From an uncultured Thermoleophilia bacterium (lineage in GTDB: Bacteria; Actinomycetota; Thermoleophilia; UBA2241), in assembly GCA_963715985.1 (NCBI GenBank), contig CAVQSP010000021.1:32001-96000 (forward strand): a DNA stretch of 64,000 nt, read 5' to 3'. The notes under the pieces are model-generated. The model searched no databases. It was given only the letters and a program-made list of their open reading frames with translations, and was not told where the DNA came from. The position numbers were made by a program, and so were the translations under genes. Below, piece by piece: positions 30,246 through 39,832 of the stretch (positions within the stretch are counted from its first letter, which is position 1; each line of letters starts with the position of its first letter).

Positions 30246-30273
30246 ACAAGATATGCTTTAAAGTGTATCTTGT
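30246..30273. promoter_or_regulatory. Palindromic operator overlapping the promoter of the wHTH regulator
   Basis: acaagatatgctttaaagtgtatcttgt, near-perfect AT-rich palindrome ending 4 bp before the ATG. Confidence 0.7.
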
Positions 30274-30277
30274 GAAC

Positions 30278-30892
30278 ATGAACGCGGACGCGACACCAGA
30301 GACCGGCCGTCCGCGCAGCGTCGAACTGCGGGACGCGCGCGCGCTGCGCGCGCTCGCGCACCCAACGCGCCTCAAGCTCGTCGGCCTGCTGCGCCTGCAG
30401 GGGCCGCTGACCGCTACGCAGGCGGCCCGCGAGCTGGATGAGACGCCGCAGCGCTGCACGTTCCACCTCGGGCAGCTCGCCAAGTACGGGCTCGTCGAGG
30501 AGGCCGGGGGAGGCCGCGGGCGCGAACGCCCGTGGCGCGCCACGGCCTTCTTCACGAGCTGGCCCAACGTCATGACCGAGCAGGAGGCCGGGGCCGCCGG
30601 TCAGCTGCTCGAGGCGGTCGTGGCAGAGCTGCACTTCGAGGCCGTCATGGGCTGGATCGAGCGCAAGGACGAGGAGGCGCCGGAGTGGCAGGAGGCCGCG
30701 CAGCTGAACGACGTGGCGCTCTATCTTACCGCCGGCGAGCTGGAGGAGCTGGGTCGCGACATCTGGAGCCTGTTCGAGCGGTACCTCGCGCGCGGCGAGC
30801 GCGCCGGCCTGCGACCTGAGGGCGCTCGCCCGGTCACCATCCTGAACCTGGCCTTCCCGCGGCAGAAGCCGAAGGAGGAGGCTGGCGGCTGA
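30278..30892 (+). CDS. ArsR/winged-helix transcriptional regulator
   Basis: LRALAHPTRLKL, TATQAAREL, FHLGQLAKYGLVEE, RERPW. Confidence 0.88.
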   Translation: MNADATPETGRPRSVELRDARALRALAHPTRLKLVGLLRLQGPLTATQAARELDETPQRCTFHLGQLAKYGLVEEAGGGRGRERPWRATAFFTSWPNVMTEQEAGAAGQLLEAVVAELHFEAVMGWIERKDEEAPEWQEAAQLNDVALYLTAGELEELGRDIWSLFERYLARGERAGLRPEGARPVTILNLAFPRQKPKEEAGG

Positions 30893-30921
30893 CGGCACGC
30901 CGTCTCCGGCCCGTTCGCACC

Positions 30922-32199
30922 ATGAAGGCGCTCTCCCGTCTCACCCCCGCGCTCCTCCGCGCGCACCCGCAGTTCCGCCGCTTCTTGACGGGGCAGACCG
31001 TGTCGCTGATCGGCGACCAGGTGACGTTCATCGCGCTGCCGCTGGTCGCCGTGCTCGTGCTGGACGCGAGCGCCGCGCAGATGGGCTATCTGACTGCCGC
31101 GGCGCTCATCCCCAACCTGCTGTTCTCGCTGCACGCCGGGGCGCTTGTGGACCGCCGTGGCCACCGCCGGCAGCTGATGATCCTGGCCGATGTGGGACGA
31201 GGCCTGCTGCTAGCGCTGGTCCCGCTCACCGCGGCCGTCGGCCTGCTGTCGCTCCCTGTGCTGTACGCCATCGCGTTCCTCACGGGGAGCCTGAGCGTGC
31301 TCTTCATGGTCTCGTACAGTGCACTGTTCGTGGCGCTTGTGCCCAGAGACGACTACGTGAGCGCACAGTCGCTCCTCAACGGTAGCCGCGCTGTAGCGAG
31401 CGTGCTGGGGCCGAGCCTCGGGGGCATGCTCGTGCAGGCGCTCACGGCGCCGCTGGCTATCGCCGTGGACGCCGTGTCCTACGCCGTCTCGGCGGCGTAC
31501 CTGCTGCAGGTCAAGGTCGTCGAGCCGCCGTGCGAGGAGGAGCGCCGCGGCCTGCTGCTGAGCGGCGCGCGCTTCATCGCCTCGTCGCCGATCGTCCGTT
31601 CGGCTCTGTGCGCCACGGCCACGCTCAACTTCTTCGACTACGCGTTCCTGGCGCTGTTCGTCCTCTACGCCACGCGCTCCCTGGGGGTCGCCCCCGGAAC
31701 GCTCGGCGTGGTGCTGGGGGCCGGCGCCGTGGGCGCGGTGATCGGCGCCGCCGTCACGGGCCGGGTCGTGCGACGCATCGGCGTCGGCCGGGTCTTCGTG
31801 TGGGGCTGCGTGCTGTTCCCGGTGTCACTGCTCCTGGTCCCGCTCGCCGGCGGCCCGCGCTCTCTCGTGCTGTTCTGCCTGCTGGGTGCGGAGTTCGGCG
31901 CCGGGCTGGGTGTGGTGATGCTGGACATCAGCATCGGTGCGATCTTCGCGGCCGCGATCCCCGACCGGTTCCGCTCACGCGTCTCCGGCGCCTACATGGT
32001 GGTCAACTACGGGGTGCGCCCGCTCGGGTCTCTGGCTGGGGGCGCGCTGGCGACTGCCATCGGCACGCGCGGGACGCTGTGGGTCGCGGCCTCCGGTGGC
32101 ACGCTCGCGGTGCTCTGGCTCCTTCGCTCGCCGCTCCTCCGAATGCGGGAGCTGCCGGAGGCCGCGGAGTCAGAGGCCGCCGGCGAGGCCGTGGCCTGA
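30922..32199 (+). CDS. MFS transporter (DHA3/MFS_3-like)
   Basis: FRRFLTGQTVSLIGD, GALVDR, about 12 TM helices. Confidence 0.9.
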   Translation: MKALSRLTPALLRAHPQFRRFLTGQTVSLIGDQVTFIALPLVAVLVLDASAAQMGYLTAAALIPNLLFSLHAGALVDRRGHRRQLMILADVGRGLLLALVPLTAAVGLLSLPVLYAIAFLTGSLSVLFMVSYSALFVALVPRDDYVSAQSLLNGSRAVASVLGPSLGGMLVQALTAPLAIAVDAVSYAVSAAYLLQVKVVEPPCEEERRGLLLSGARFIASSPIVRSALCATATLNFFDYAFLALFVLYATRSLGVAPGTLGVVLGAGAVGAVIGAAVTGRVVRRIGVGRVFVWGCVLFPVSLLLVPLAGGPRSLVLFCLLGAEFGAGLGVVMLDISIGAIFAAAIPDRFRSRVSGAYMVVNYGVRPLGSLAGGALATAIGTRGTLWVAASGGTLAVLWLLRSPLLRMRELPEAAESEAAGEAVA

Positions 32200-32220
32200 G
32201 GGCAGGGAGGGGGATCGTGG

Positions 32221-32316
32221 TGCTCGGGGTTGAGCTCCTGAAGCATGACGCTGTCCTCCTCTGGACGGTGTCCGCAGGCCAGCACTGCATGGGGACGGAA
32301 GCGAACGCACGTTCGT
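32221..32316 (-). repeat. 96-bp copy of the uvrD promoter, LexA box, RBS and first codons (29865-29960)
   Basis: first 50 bp identical; reads MLQELNPE; retains CGAACGCACGTTCG at 32302-32315; -10 changed TAGCCT to TGGCCT. Confidence 0.93.
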
Positions 32317-32362
32317 CCACTCCTCTTCGCGCGCGGTCGAGCATGCCCTCAACGGTGCAGAG

Positions 32363-35300
32363 TTGGTCAAGGAACGAGGCCGGAATGTCGACAGACGCGG
32401 TGTGGACGCCGATCATCACGCAGGTACGTCAACAGGCCGTCGCTGGTTGAGGGTGGCGGCTGCGGCCGAGCTTCTCGGCATCAGCCACCACACGCTGCGG
32501 CGCTGGGCCGACGCCGGCCTCGTGCCCTGCCGGCGCGCGCCGAGCGGGCAGCGGCAGTTCCGCCGAGTCGAGCTCGAAAGGGTGCTGGCGGGGCAGGATC
32601 GTGGCCGGCGCGGGAGCGTCGAGATGCCGGCGCACGCCGGTGGCAATGGAGACGGCTCTGGAGACGGCGCTCTGGCGCTCCTCAGGGTGAGCCGCGCCGT
32701 GGCGCGCGCCGAGAATACCCGGGACTCCCTCGACATGGTGGCTCGTGGGGTGGTCGAGTCGGCGGGCGTCTCGGCGTGTCTGGTCCACGAGTACGATGCG
32801 CACCTGGACGTCCTCGTCCTGCGCTCCTTCTGTGAGGCGGGGTCCGGCAGCCGGGATGCGCAGGGTCGTGAAGGCGCCCCCCCCTCGTCGACCCACCCCT
32901 CGTCGCCCCGCCAGATGTCGCTGGGGGTCCCCCGGCCGCCGCTGCCCGACGAGCGCGCCATGTTGCGGAACGACAGGCCGCTCGTCGAGGAGGAGAGCAG
33001 CCCAGCCGGAGCCAGGCGAGCGCCTTTCGAGGCACCAGATTGGACGGCCCGACTCTGCGTACCCTTCGGGATCGGCAAGGCGCCGAAGGGCTACCTCGAG
33101 CTCCTCGAGCGCGGCGACGACCGCCGCTTCTCGAGCGACGCGGCGACCCTCGTCCGTGACTACGGTGATCTGGCGGCGCAGGCCATCCACAGCGAGCAGC
33201 TGCAGCGGCGTTTGAGCGCACAATCCGCGCGCGAGGCGTCGCTCCTGAACGCCGGCCGGGCCATCGCCTCAAGCCTGGTCCTGGAGGAAGTCCTGGACAC
33301 CGTCGCTCGCCAGGCGGTCGCAACGCTGGATTCGTTCTACTGCGTGATCTGGGAATACCTTCCGCACGAGGACTGTCTTGTGGAACGGGCCGCCTATCAG
33401 GTCGGCGACTCGTATGCGGCACAGGGCGAGGTGGTCCGGCTCACCGAGCGTTCGTTCGAGCAAGTCATCCTGGACAGTCCCGGCCCCGTGCTGGAGACGC
33501 TGTCGGACCCCGGTCTGCATCCCGACAGCAGGGCCTCGATGGAGAAGTGGGGCGAGAAGACCTGCCTGTCGCTGCCGCTGCGCTTCGGAGAGGAGAAGCT
33601 GGGCGTGCTGGTGCTGGGCGAGAACGAGCGGGAGCGCCGTTTCACCGCCGACGAACTGGAGGTCGCCGAGGGCCTGGCCGTACAGGCATCGGCGGCCGTG
33701 CACAACGCGCGCCTCTATCGCGACCTTCAGCGCCACAACGACGAGCTCGCCGCCCGCGAGCGCCGCGAGCGCCTGCTGAGCGAGCTCAGTCTCGAGCTGT
33801 CGTCCAGCCTCGATTTGCGGACGATCCTGGATTCGGCGGCGCGGCGCATCAGCACCCTGCTCGACGCCGGAGGGTGCGACATCTACTCGTACCTGGAGGA
33901 GGAGGATGCGCTGGAATGCCTCGCCGCCTGCCTGTGCGGAGATCTCCTCGACGATTGGGTCGGCAGGCGCCTCCCGCTCGAGGAATGGCATGGAAGCCGG
34001 CACGCCATCGCCGAAGGCGCGACGCTGGCGATAGCCTCGCTCGACGACCCGATGCTGCACGCGCAGGAGCGCGCGGTCATGCGCGAGTGGGACGAGCGTT
34101 CCTGTCTTGTTGCGCCCATGATGGCGCGCGGTCGCATCCTCGGCACGGTGGAGGTCTACCAGGTCGGCGGCGAGCGCGTCTTCACCGCCGAGGAGATAGC
34201 GACGGCCGAGGCCTGCGCGCGCATGACCGCCCTGGCCGTCGACAACGCGACCCTCTTCCAGCGCCAAGCCGAGGACGCGCGGCGACTCGCCTCGTTGCTC
34301 GAGGGAGGCCGCGCGATCACCTCGTCGCTGGTCAGCCACGAGGTTCTCGACGCGCTTGTGCATGCCGCGGCTGCATCGCTGGGCTGCCCGGAGGCACTCA
34401 TCTTCGAGTACGACGCCGCAGCCGACTCCATGACGATGCGCTCGTTGCTGGAGCAGACGCCGTCGGTCTACGAGAACCTCAACCGGCCGTATCCCCTCTC
34501 CGACTATCCTTCCGACAGAGTACTGCTCGAGAACAACGTCGTGGTCGTCGAGACGATCTCCGATCCCGACCTGCCCGCAGACGTGCGTGCCTCCATGGAG
34601 AAGCACGGCGAGAAGACGTGTCTGACGGTGCCGCTCAGCTTCGGCGGGAAGCCCTTGGGCATGCTGACGCTCACCGAGACGGCCGCCGAGCGGGTCTTCA
34701 CGAACGCCGAGCTCGACATCGCGCGCGGGCTCGGCGAGCAGGCGGCGATCGCTCTGCACAACGCCCGGCTCTTCGAGAACGTCAAGGCGCTTCATCTAGG
34801 CAACCTGAAGGCCCTGAGCTCGGCGCTCACTGCCAAGGACTTCTACACTGTCGGCCACACGGCACGCGTCGCCGCATACGCGATGCTTCTTGCCGATGAG
34901 CTCGGTTGGGGCCAGCGCGCCATCCAGCAGCTGGAGGAGGCCACGTATCTTCACGACATCGGCAAGATCGCCGTCGCCGACCGCGTGCTGCTGAAGACGG
35001 GTGCACTGACCGAGGATGAGTGGAAGCTGATGACTCAGCATCCGGTCATCAGCGCCGAGATCATCGAGTCTCTGCTCGACGACGAGTACGTGGCTGCGGT
35101 GCGTCACCATCACGAACGATATGACGGCTCCGGCTACCCGGACGGTCTGGCCGGCGAGCGTATCCCCCTCGCCGCGCGCCTCCTGTGCGTGGTCGACTCG
35201 TATGACGCCATGTCCTCACGCCGGGTGTACCGGTCCGCGCTCACCTATGAGGAGTGCCTGGTGGAACTGCGCGAGTGCAGCGGCACGCAGTTCGACCCCG

Positions 35301-36361
35301 GCATGGCCGAGGCGTTCGTGCGTGTGCTGGAGAAGTTGAACGGCCAGCGACTGGCGCTCCAGGCGGCCGCGGATGAGGCGGCGGCCCGCATCGACGTCGC
35401 CGACCATCTCTCCATACGCGGCCCTGCCGATCGAAACGGCCCCGAGCACGCACGCGTCCTCACCATCCTTCGCGAGACTCAGCGCGCGCATCCACTGGCT
35501 GAGACGCTGGTCACGGAAGGGCCCGTCGACGAGTACCGCTGCGCCATCCTGGTGGATGTGGACGAGGACCCCGAGTCCTGCGTGGAGGTCGGGGAGGTCG
35601 CCTTCTCCGACGATCTGGAGATCGAGACCTTCGCGTCGCGTCGTCTCGACGCCAACGTGGTGTACGTCGACAGCTGGGGGACCTGGCTGTTCGCCGCCGC
35701 GCCCATCCGCGACGACGACGCTGTCGTCGGGCTCGTGTGCGCCGGGCGGTCGCCGGTGGCGCGGCTCTCGCCCAGTGCCGCGGGGAGCGCGGTGGGCGAC
35801 ACCTTCGCCGACATCATGCGTACCGCCGCGGCGCGTCAGACGCGCGCGGAGATCGAGTCGAGGACCGACGCACTCACCGGCCTCTACAATCACAGACGCT
35901 TCCAGGAGTGCCTGCGCGAGGAGGTCCACGCCGCCCTGTCCGCGCAGCGCCGGCTGGCCCTGCTGTTCTGCGACATCGACAACTTCAAGCTGCTCAACGA
36001 CCGTCTCGGGCACCAGGTGGGAGACGACGTCTTGCGCCGCGTCGGCCAGGTGCTGGCCGGCTCGATCCGTCGCGGCGACGTGGCGGCGCGCTACGGCGGC
36101 GATGAGTTCGCCGTCTTGCTCTTCGACGCCGATCCGGAGCGAGCCCTCGAGGTCGCCGAGCGCATCCACCAGCGCGTCGGCGAGTTGCGCATCGGACCGG
36201 GCGGCGAGGGCATGTCGATCAGCATCGGCGTCGCCGCGCTGCCTGCCGACAGCGCCGGCGGAGAGGGTCTGCTGGCCTGCGCAGACCGGGCCATGTACGA
36301 GGCCAAGGACGCCGGTCGAGACCGCGTCGTCTACGCGGGAGGGATCGCCGCCGACGGCTGA
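32363..36361 (+). CDS. MerR-like HTH + multiple GAF + HD-GYP + GGDEF c-di-GMP enzyme (start uncertain)
   Basis: AAELLGISHHTLRRWAD; about four GAF repeats; HDIGK, HHERYDGSGYP; DALTGLYN, RRGD I-site, RYGGDEF. Confidence 0.9.
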   Translation: MVKERGRNVDRRGVDADHHAGTSTGRRWLRVAAAAELLGISHHTLRRWADAGLVPCRRAPSGQRQFRRVELERVLAGQDRGRRGSVEMPAHAGGNGDGSGDGALALLRVSRAVARAENTRDSLDMVARGVVESAGVSACLVHEYDAHLDVLVLRSFCEAGSGSRDAQGREGAPPSSTHPSSPRQMSLGVPRPPLPDERAMLRNDRPLVEEESSPAGARRAPFEAPDWTARLCVPFGIGKAPKGYLELLERGDDRRFSSDAATLVRDYGDLAAQAIHSEQLQRRLSAQSAREASLLNAGRAIASSLVLEEVLDTVARQAVATLDSFYCVIWEYLPHEDCLVERAAYQVGDSYAAQGEVVRLTERSFEQVILDSPGPVLETLSDPGLHPDSRASMEKWGEKTCLSLPLRFGEEKLGVLVLGENERERRFTADELEVAEGLAVQASAAVHNARLYRDLQRHNDELAARERRERLLSELSLELSSSLDLRTILDSAARRISTLLDAGGCDIYSYLEEEDALECLAACLCGDLLDDWVGRRLPLEEWHGSRHAIAEGATLAIASLDDPMLHAQERAVMREWDERSCLVAPMMARGRILGTVEVYQVGGERVFTAEEIATAEACARMTALAVDNATLFQRQAEDARRLASLLEGGRAITSSLVSHEVLDALVHAAAASLGCPEALIFEYDAAADSMTMRSLLEQTPSVYENLNRPYPLSDYPSDRVLLENNVVVVETISDPDLPADVRASMEKHGEKTCLTVPLSFGGKPLGMLTLTETAAERVFTNAELDIARGLGEQAAIALHNARLFENVKALHLGNLKALSSALTAKDFYTVGHTARVAAYAMLLADELGWGQRAIQQLEEATYLHDIGKIAVADRVLLKTGALTEDEWKLMTQHPVISAEIIESLLDDEYVAAVRHHHERYDGSGYPDGLAGERIPLAARLLCVVDSYDAMSSRRVYRSALTYEECLVELRECSGTQFDPGMAEAFVRVLEKLNGQRLALQAAADEAAARIDVADHLSIRGPADRNGPEHARVLTILRETQRAHPLAETLVTEGPVDEYRCAILVDVDEDPESCVEVGEVAFSDDLEIETFASRRLDANVVYVDSWGTWLFAAAPIRDDDAVVGLVCAGRSPVARLSPSAAGSAVGDTFADIMRTAAARQTRAEIESRTDALTGLYNHRRFQECLREEVHAALSAQRRLALLFCDIDNFKLLNDRLGHQVGDDVLRRVGQVLAGSIRRGDVAARYGGDEFAVLLFDADPERALEVAERIHQRVGELRIGPGGEGMSISIGVAALPADSAGGEGLLACADRAMYEAKDAGRDRVVYAGGIAADG

Positions 36362-36392
36362 GCGCGGCGAAGCCGCTCGGCGGCGGCGGTGC

Positions 36393-37302
36393 CTATGCCG
36401 GGTTCGCGACCCAGGTGGCCACGTACTCCGCGTCCTTGCCGGGCAGCGGGATGCCCGGGTCGCGCACCGCCCAGGTGCCGCTCCAGGCCGCGTTCGCGCG
36501 CGACCAGCTCGAAGTGGCTCATGGCGATGCCCAGGTCCACGCGCTGCAGGTCGGCGATGCGCAGTACGGTGAACAGCGGAGTGCCCTTGCCGTAGTGCTT
36601 GTAGCGGCGCAGGTAGAAGTGCCAGCGGGCGCCGTCGCGCAGGAGGCGCCACGGCTGCTTGTTGGTGGCGGACGGCGCCATGCGCACGGCCTCGAGCGCC
36701 TCCGCGTACACGCCCACGGCTCCGGTGTCCAGTGGCGTGCCGAAGCTGCCCTCGAAGAAGAGCTCCTCGTTGCGCAACCTGCGGCTGCCCTCCTCGCGTT
36801 CGCGGATGCGCTCCGTGCCGTCGTCGCCGATGAGGCCGATCGACACCACCGCGGGCATGGTCTCGCCGCGTCGCAGGCCGCCGAAGCGGCGCACGAAGGT
36901 GCTCCGCGTGAAGGTGCCGCCGAGCCAGCAGGTGCCCAGGCCGAGGCCGGTGGCACACAGGATCACCTGTTCGAGCAGGTAACCGTAGTCCTCGTGATCT
37001 TTGGGCGCCTTGCCGACGGCGCCGACGATGAACCCCGTCGCTCCCTTGATGAAGCCGTACGTGCCGAGTCGCTTGAGCGCGTCGCGGTCGCCGGGGGAGG
37101 CGGCGATGAGGCCGAACCTCGCCTGCGAGCCGAACGGCCCGGTGGTCATCGCCGCCATGTAGTCGATGAGCCGTCGCCGGGTGTCGTCGGGGATCGGCTC
37201 CGGGAGATACGTCCGGCAGGAGTAGCGCCGGTCGATGAGCTCGCGCACCGTGAGCGCCGAGCCCGGCGGGACCGGCGCGGGCAGAGAGGGCGAGCCGGAC
37301 AT
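36393..37302 (-). CDS. Nitroreductase-family protein (two-domain; frameshift near 36480)
   Basis: RRYSCRTY, LGTYGFIKGA, GLGTCWLGGTF, MAPSATNKQPW, DLGIAMSHF. Confidence 0.88.
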
Positions 37303-38333
37303 CAGGCGATCACGACGCGTCCCGCTGCGCTGAGCACCTGCAGGGCGCGCAGCGTCACCCAGCGGCTGGGCGCGCCCTTCTCCTCGATGGGCACGACGAA
37401 GCGGTCGTTGAAGGTCTGCTGGAGCTTCCAGCGGCCACCGGCGTCGCCTTTGGCTGCGACGAGGTCGAGCGCCTCGCCCATGCGCTCGTCGCGGTACCCC
37501 AGCCGCGTGAGGATGTCGAGGATCTCGAGCGCGTCGGTCTGCCACATGCGCGGGAAGCCGAAGCTCCGCCAGCTGGGCTTGGAGATCCTGGTGAGGTCGT
37601 GGCTGCGCTTGTGGATGTGGTGGCGCAGCAGGTACTCGGCGCCGGCGCTGATGGTGGTGTGCACCGCCGGCGTGCGGCGCTCGGGCGGGATCTCCGCGAG
37701 CGCCTTGAGCGCCTTCACCGCCGCCATGTGGCAGGTGTGGCCGCCCCAGCACATGCTGTACCTGTCGTACGGCCAGCCGGCGGGCGAGTCGCCCTCGGCG
37801 TCGTCGAAGCGCTGGTAGGTTGTGATCCACTCCACGGCCTGCTGCACGTGCGGGTCGTCCAGCATGGCGAGGCGGACGAGGCTGAAGACCATGTTGCCGG
37901 TGAGGCACGGGATGACCGAGCTGGGGAGGCCGCCGCCGAGCTTCTTGCTGCGCTCGTGGGCGAAGCCGCCCGACTCCGGATCCTGCGAATCGCGCAGGAT
38001 CGCTTCGCAGGCGGCCCGTACGCGCTCGTCGGCGCCGTCGGCGCCGAGCTCGGCGAGGATGATGAGCTGCCACACCGTGCCGCGGTACTTGGCCGTGTAG
38101 AAGCGGTCGCGGCCTTCCCAGTGGCCGTCGGCCTCCTGCGCGGCCAGGATGCGCGGCACGGCGCCCTCGCTCATGATGGCCCGCCGCGCCGCCACGACCT
38201 CGGGGTCGTCGGGCGCGGCCCCCAGCAGCCCGGTGAGGGTGAAGTAGCGCACCGGCGCGTCGCCTTGAAGGAGCCACGAGACGGTGTCGGGACTCACGGT
38301 GCCGGCACTCCCGATCCCAGCTGGTCCGCTCAT
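37302..38333 (-). CDS. Alpha/alpha-toroid protein (squalene cyclase/prenyltransferase-like repeat)
   Basis: ILAAQEADGHW, PCLTGN, QRFDD, FGFPRMWQTDALEIL. Confidence 0.7.
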   Translation of the reverse strand: MSGPAGIGSAGTVSPDTVSWLLQGDAPVRYFTLTGLLGAAPDDPEVVAARRAIMSEGAVPRILAAQEADGHWEGRDRFYTAKYRGTVWQLIILAELGADGADERVRAACEAILRDSQDPESGGFAHERSKKLGGGLPSSVIPCLTGNMVFSLVRLAMLDDPHVQQAVEWITTYQRFDDAEGDSPAGWPYDRYSMCWGGHTCHMAAVKALKALAEIPPERRTPAVHTTISAGAEYLLRHHIHKRSHDLTRISKPSWRSFGFPRMWQTDALEILDILTRLGYRDERMGEALDLVAAKGDAGGRWKLQQTFNDRFVVPIEEKGAPSRWVTLRALQVLSAAGRVVIA

Positions 38334-38467
38334 GGCCGGATTGTCTCACGATGAGGCGGGCAGCGACGCTGCTCATCGGCGATCGCCGTTCGCCCCACTC
38401 CGTATTCTGGTACGTTCCCGCTGTGGCACCTGGGGTGTCCGGCCTGGCGGGGAGGAGCCATGCGCCG

Positions 38468-38954
38468 ATGGTGGGAAAGGCAGTCGTCGTGAGGTCCGTG
38501 AGGCTCGCTGCGGTCCTCCTGCCGGTGGTCGCCCTTCTTGCGACCGCGCTCATGGTGTGCGCGCTCTGGGCCTGCGGCTCATCCGCGGTGACCGACGCCA
38601 ACGAGCCCAACGACGAGCTGAGCGCCGCCACCCCGCTCGCCCCGAGCGTGCCGCTGACCGGCGTCATCGGGCCAGACGACTCCGACATCTTCGCCGCCGA
38701 CGCGCCCAAGGGTGGCGGGGGCGTGGAGCACGCGTTCATCGTCACCGTGCGGACCGTCAGCCCTCAAGACCTCGAGCTGAGCGTGGGCGCCAGCATCCCG
38801 GGCGTCTGGGAGGGCATCACCTGGCCGGGGTGGGAGACGGTGGTGAAGGACGACGGCCTCGAAGTGGCCGGCGGGCTCCGCAAGGGGACTGTCCTGCTGT
38901 TCCTGAAGGGGAGTAGCGGGCACCGCCTACTCCATCGCGATCACGTGGGAGTGA
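38468..38954 (+). CDS. Putative lipoprotein (frameshift near the 3' end)
   Basis: hydrophobic stretch + LWAC lipobox; corrected end GTAYSIAITWE*. Confidence 0.5.
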
Positions 38955-39049
38955 CGACCTCACCCTCGGCCGCTGACTCGCTTGAGTCCATTGTGTGGCT
39001 TGATATGAGTGACATATGTGTACATACTTGTGGTCACGATTGGAGGTGG

Positions 39050-39340
39050 ATGATGAAGTTCGTCAGCGTTCGTGACCTGCGCGGCAAGGCGGCCGACATC
39101 TGGCGAGAGCTGCCCGAAGAGCGCGAGATGGTGATCACCAGTAACGGTCGCCCGATCGCCATCCTCGCTGCTGTGGGCGAGTCCGACCTCGAAGAGGCGC
39201 TGGCGGCGTTCCGCAAGGCCCGGGCCATTGACGCCGTCGCATCGTTGCAGCTGCGTTCAGTCTCAGCCGGCACAGATGCGCTCACCGCGGAAGATGTCGA
39301 GGCGGAGATCGCGACCGTGCGCGAGGCGCGCGCCCGTTGA
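39050..39340 (+). CDS. Phd/YefM-family antitoxin
   Basis: MKFVSVRDLR...MVITSNGRPIA; ggagg RBS; AT-rich, partly palindromic upstream region 39009-39037. Confidence 0.88.
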   Translation: MMKFVSVRDLRGKAADIWRELPEEREMVITSNGRPIAILAAVGESDLEEALAAFRKARAIDAVASLQLRSVSAGTDALTAEDVEAEIATVREARAR

Positions 39341-39753
39341 GGATCGTCCTCGATACCAACGTGCTCGTCTCCGGACTGCTCTCGCCGTTCGGTCCCCCGG
39401 GCGAGATCGTCCGCATGGTCTCGTCGGGGGCGCTCGTGTTGTGCGTCGACGCGCGAGTCCTTGCGGAGTACGAGGAGGTCCTGGCACGGCCGAGGTTCGC
39501 GTTCGACCCCGGCGCAGTGGCCGCGCTGCTCGACTTCATCGCTGTCACGGCCGAGGTCGTTGCATCCCGGCCGCTGCCGAAGCGCTTGCCGGATCCCGAC
39601 GACGAGCCGTCTCTCGAGATCGCGCTGGCCGGCAGCGCCGACTGCCTGGTGACCGGCAACACCGCCCACTTCCCCCCCGGCTCCTGCGCCCCGATGGCTG
39701 TGCTCACGCCGGCGGAGCTGATCGAGGAGCTCCGCACGCGCTCCGTAGAGTGA
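39337..39753 (+). CDS. PIN-domain (VapC-like) toxin
   Basis: IVLDTNVLVSG, EYEEVL, DPDD, LVTGN; overlaps the antitoxin stop. Confidence 0.9.
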   Translation: MRIVLDTNVLVSGLLSPFGPPGEIVRMVSSGALVLCVDARVLAEYEEVLARPRFAFDPGAVAALLDFIAVTAEVVASRPLPKRLPDPDDEPSLEIALAGSADCLVTGNTAHFPPGSCAPMAVLTPAELIEELRTRSVE

Positions 39754-39832
39754 GCCGCCGGTCGGTGTCCCTACGCCTTGACCGGAGGCTGCCGCCGCCG
39801 TTGAATCTGAGGCGTCAACGCGACGGAGGGGC

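Noticed and set aside
38955-39832. Gene-end scar around the Phd-PIN TA pair
   Set aside because: I found no duplicated terminus of either neighbouring gene by eye.
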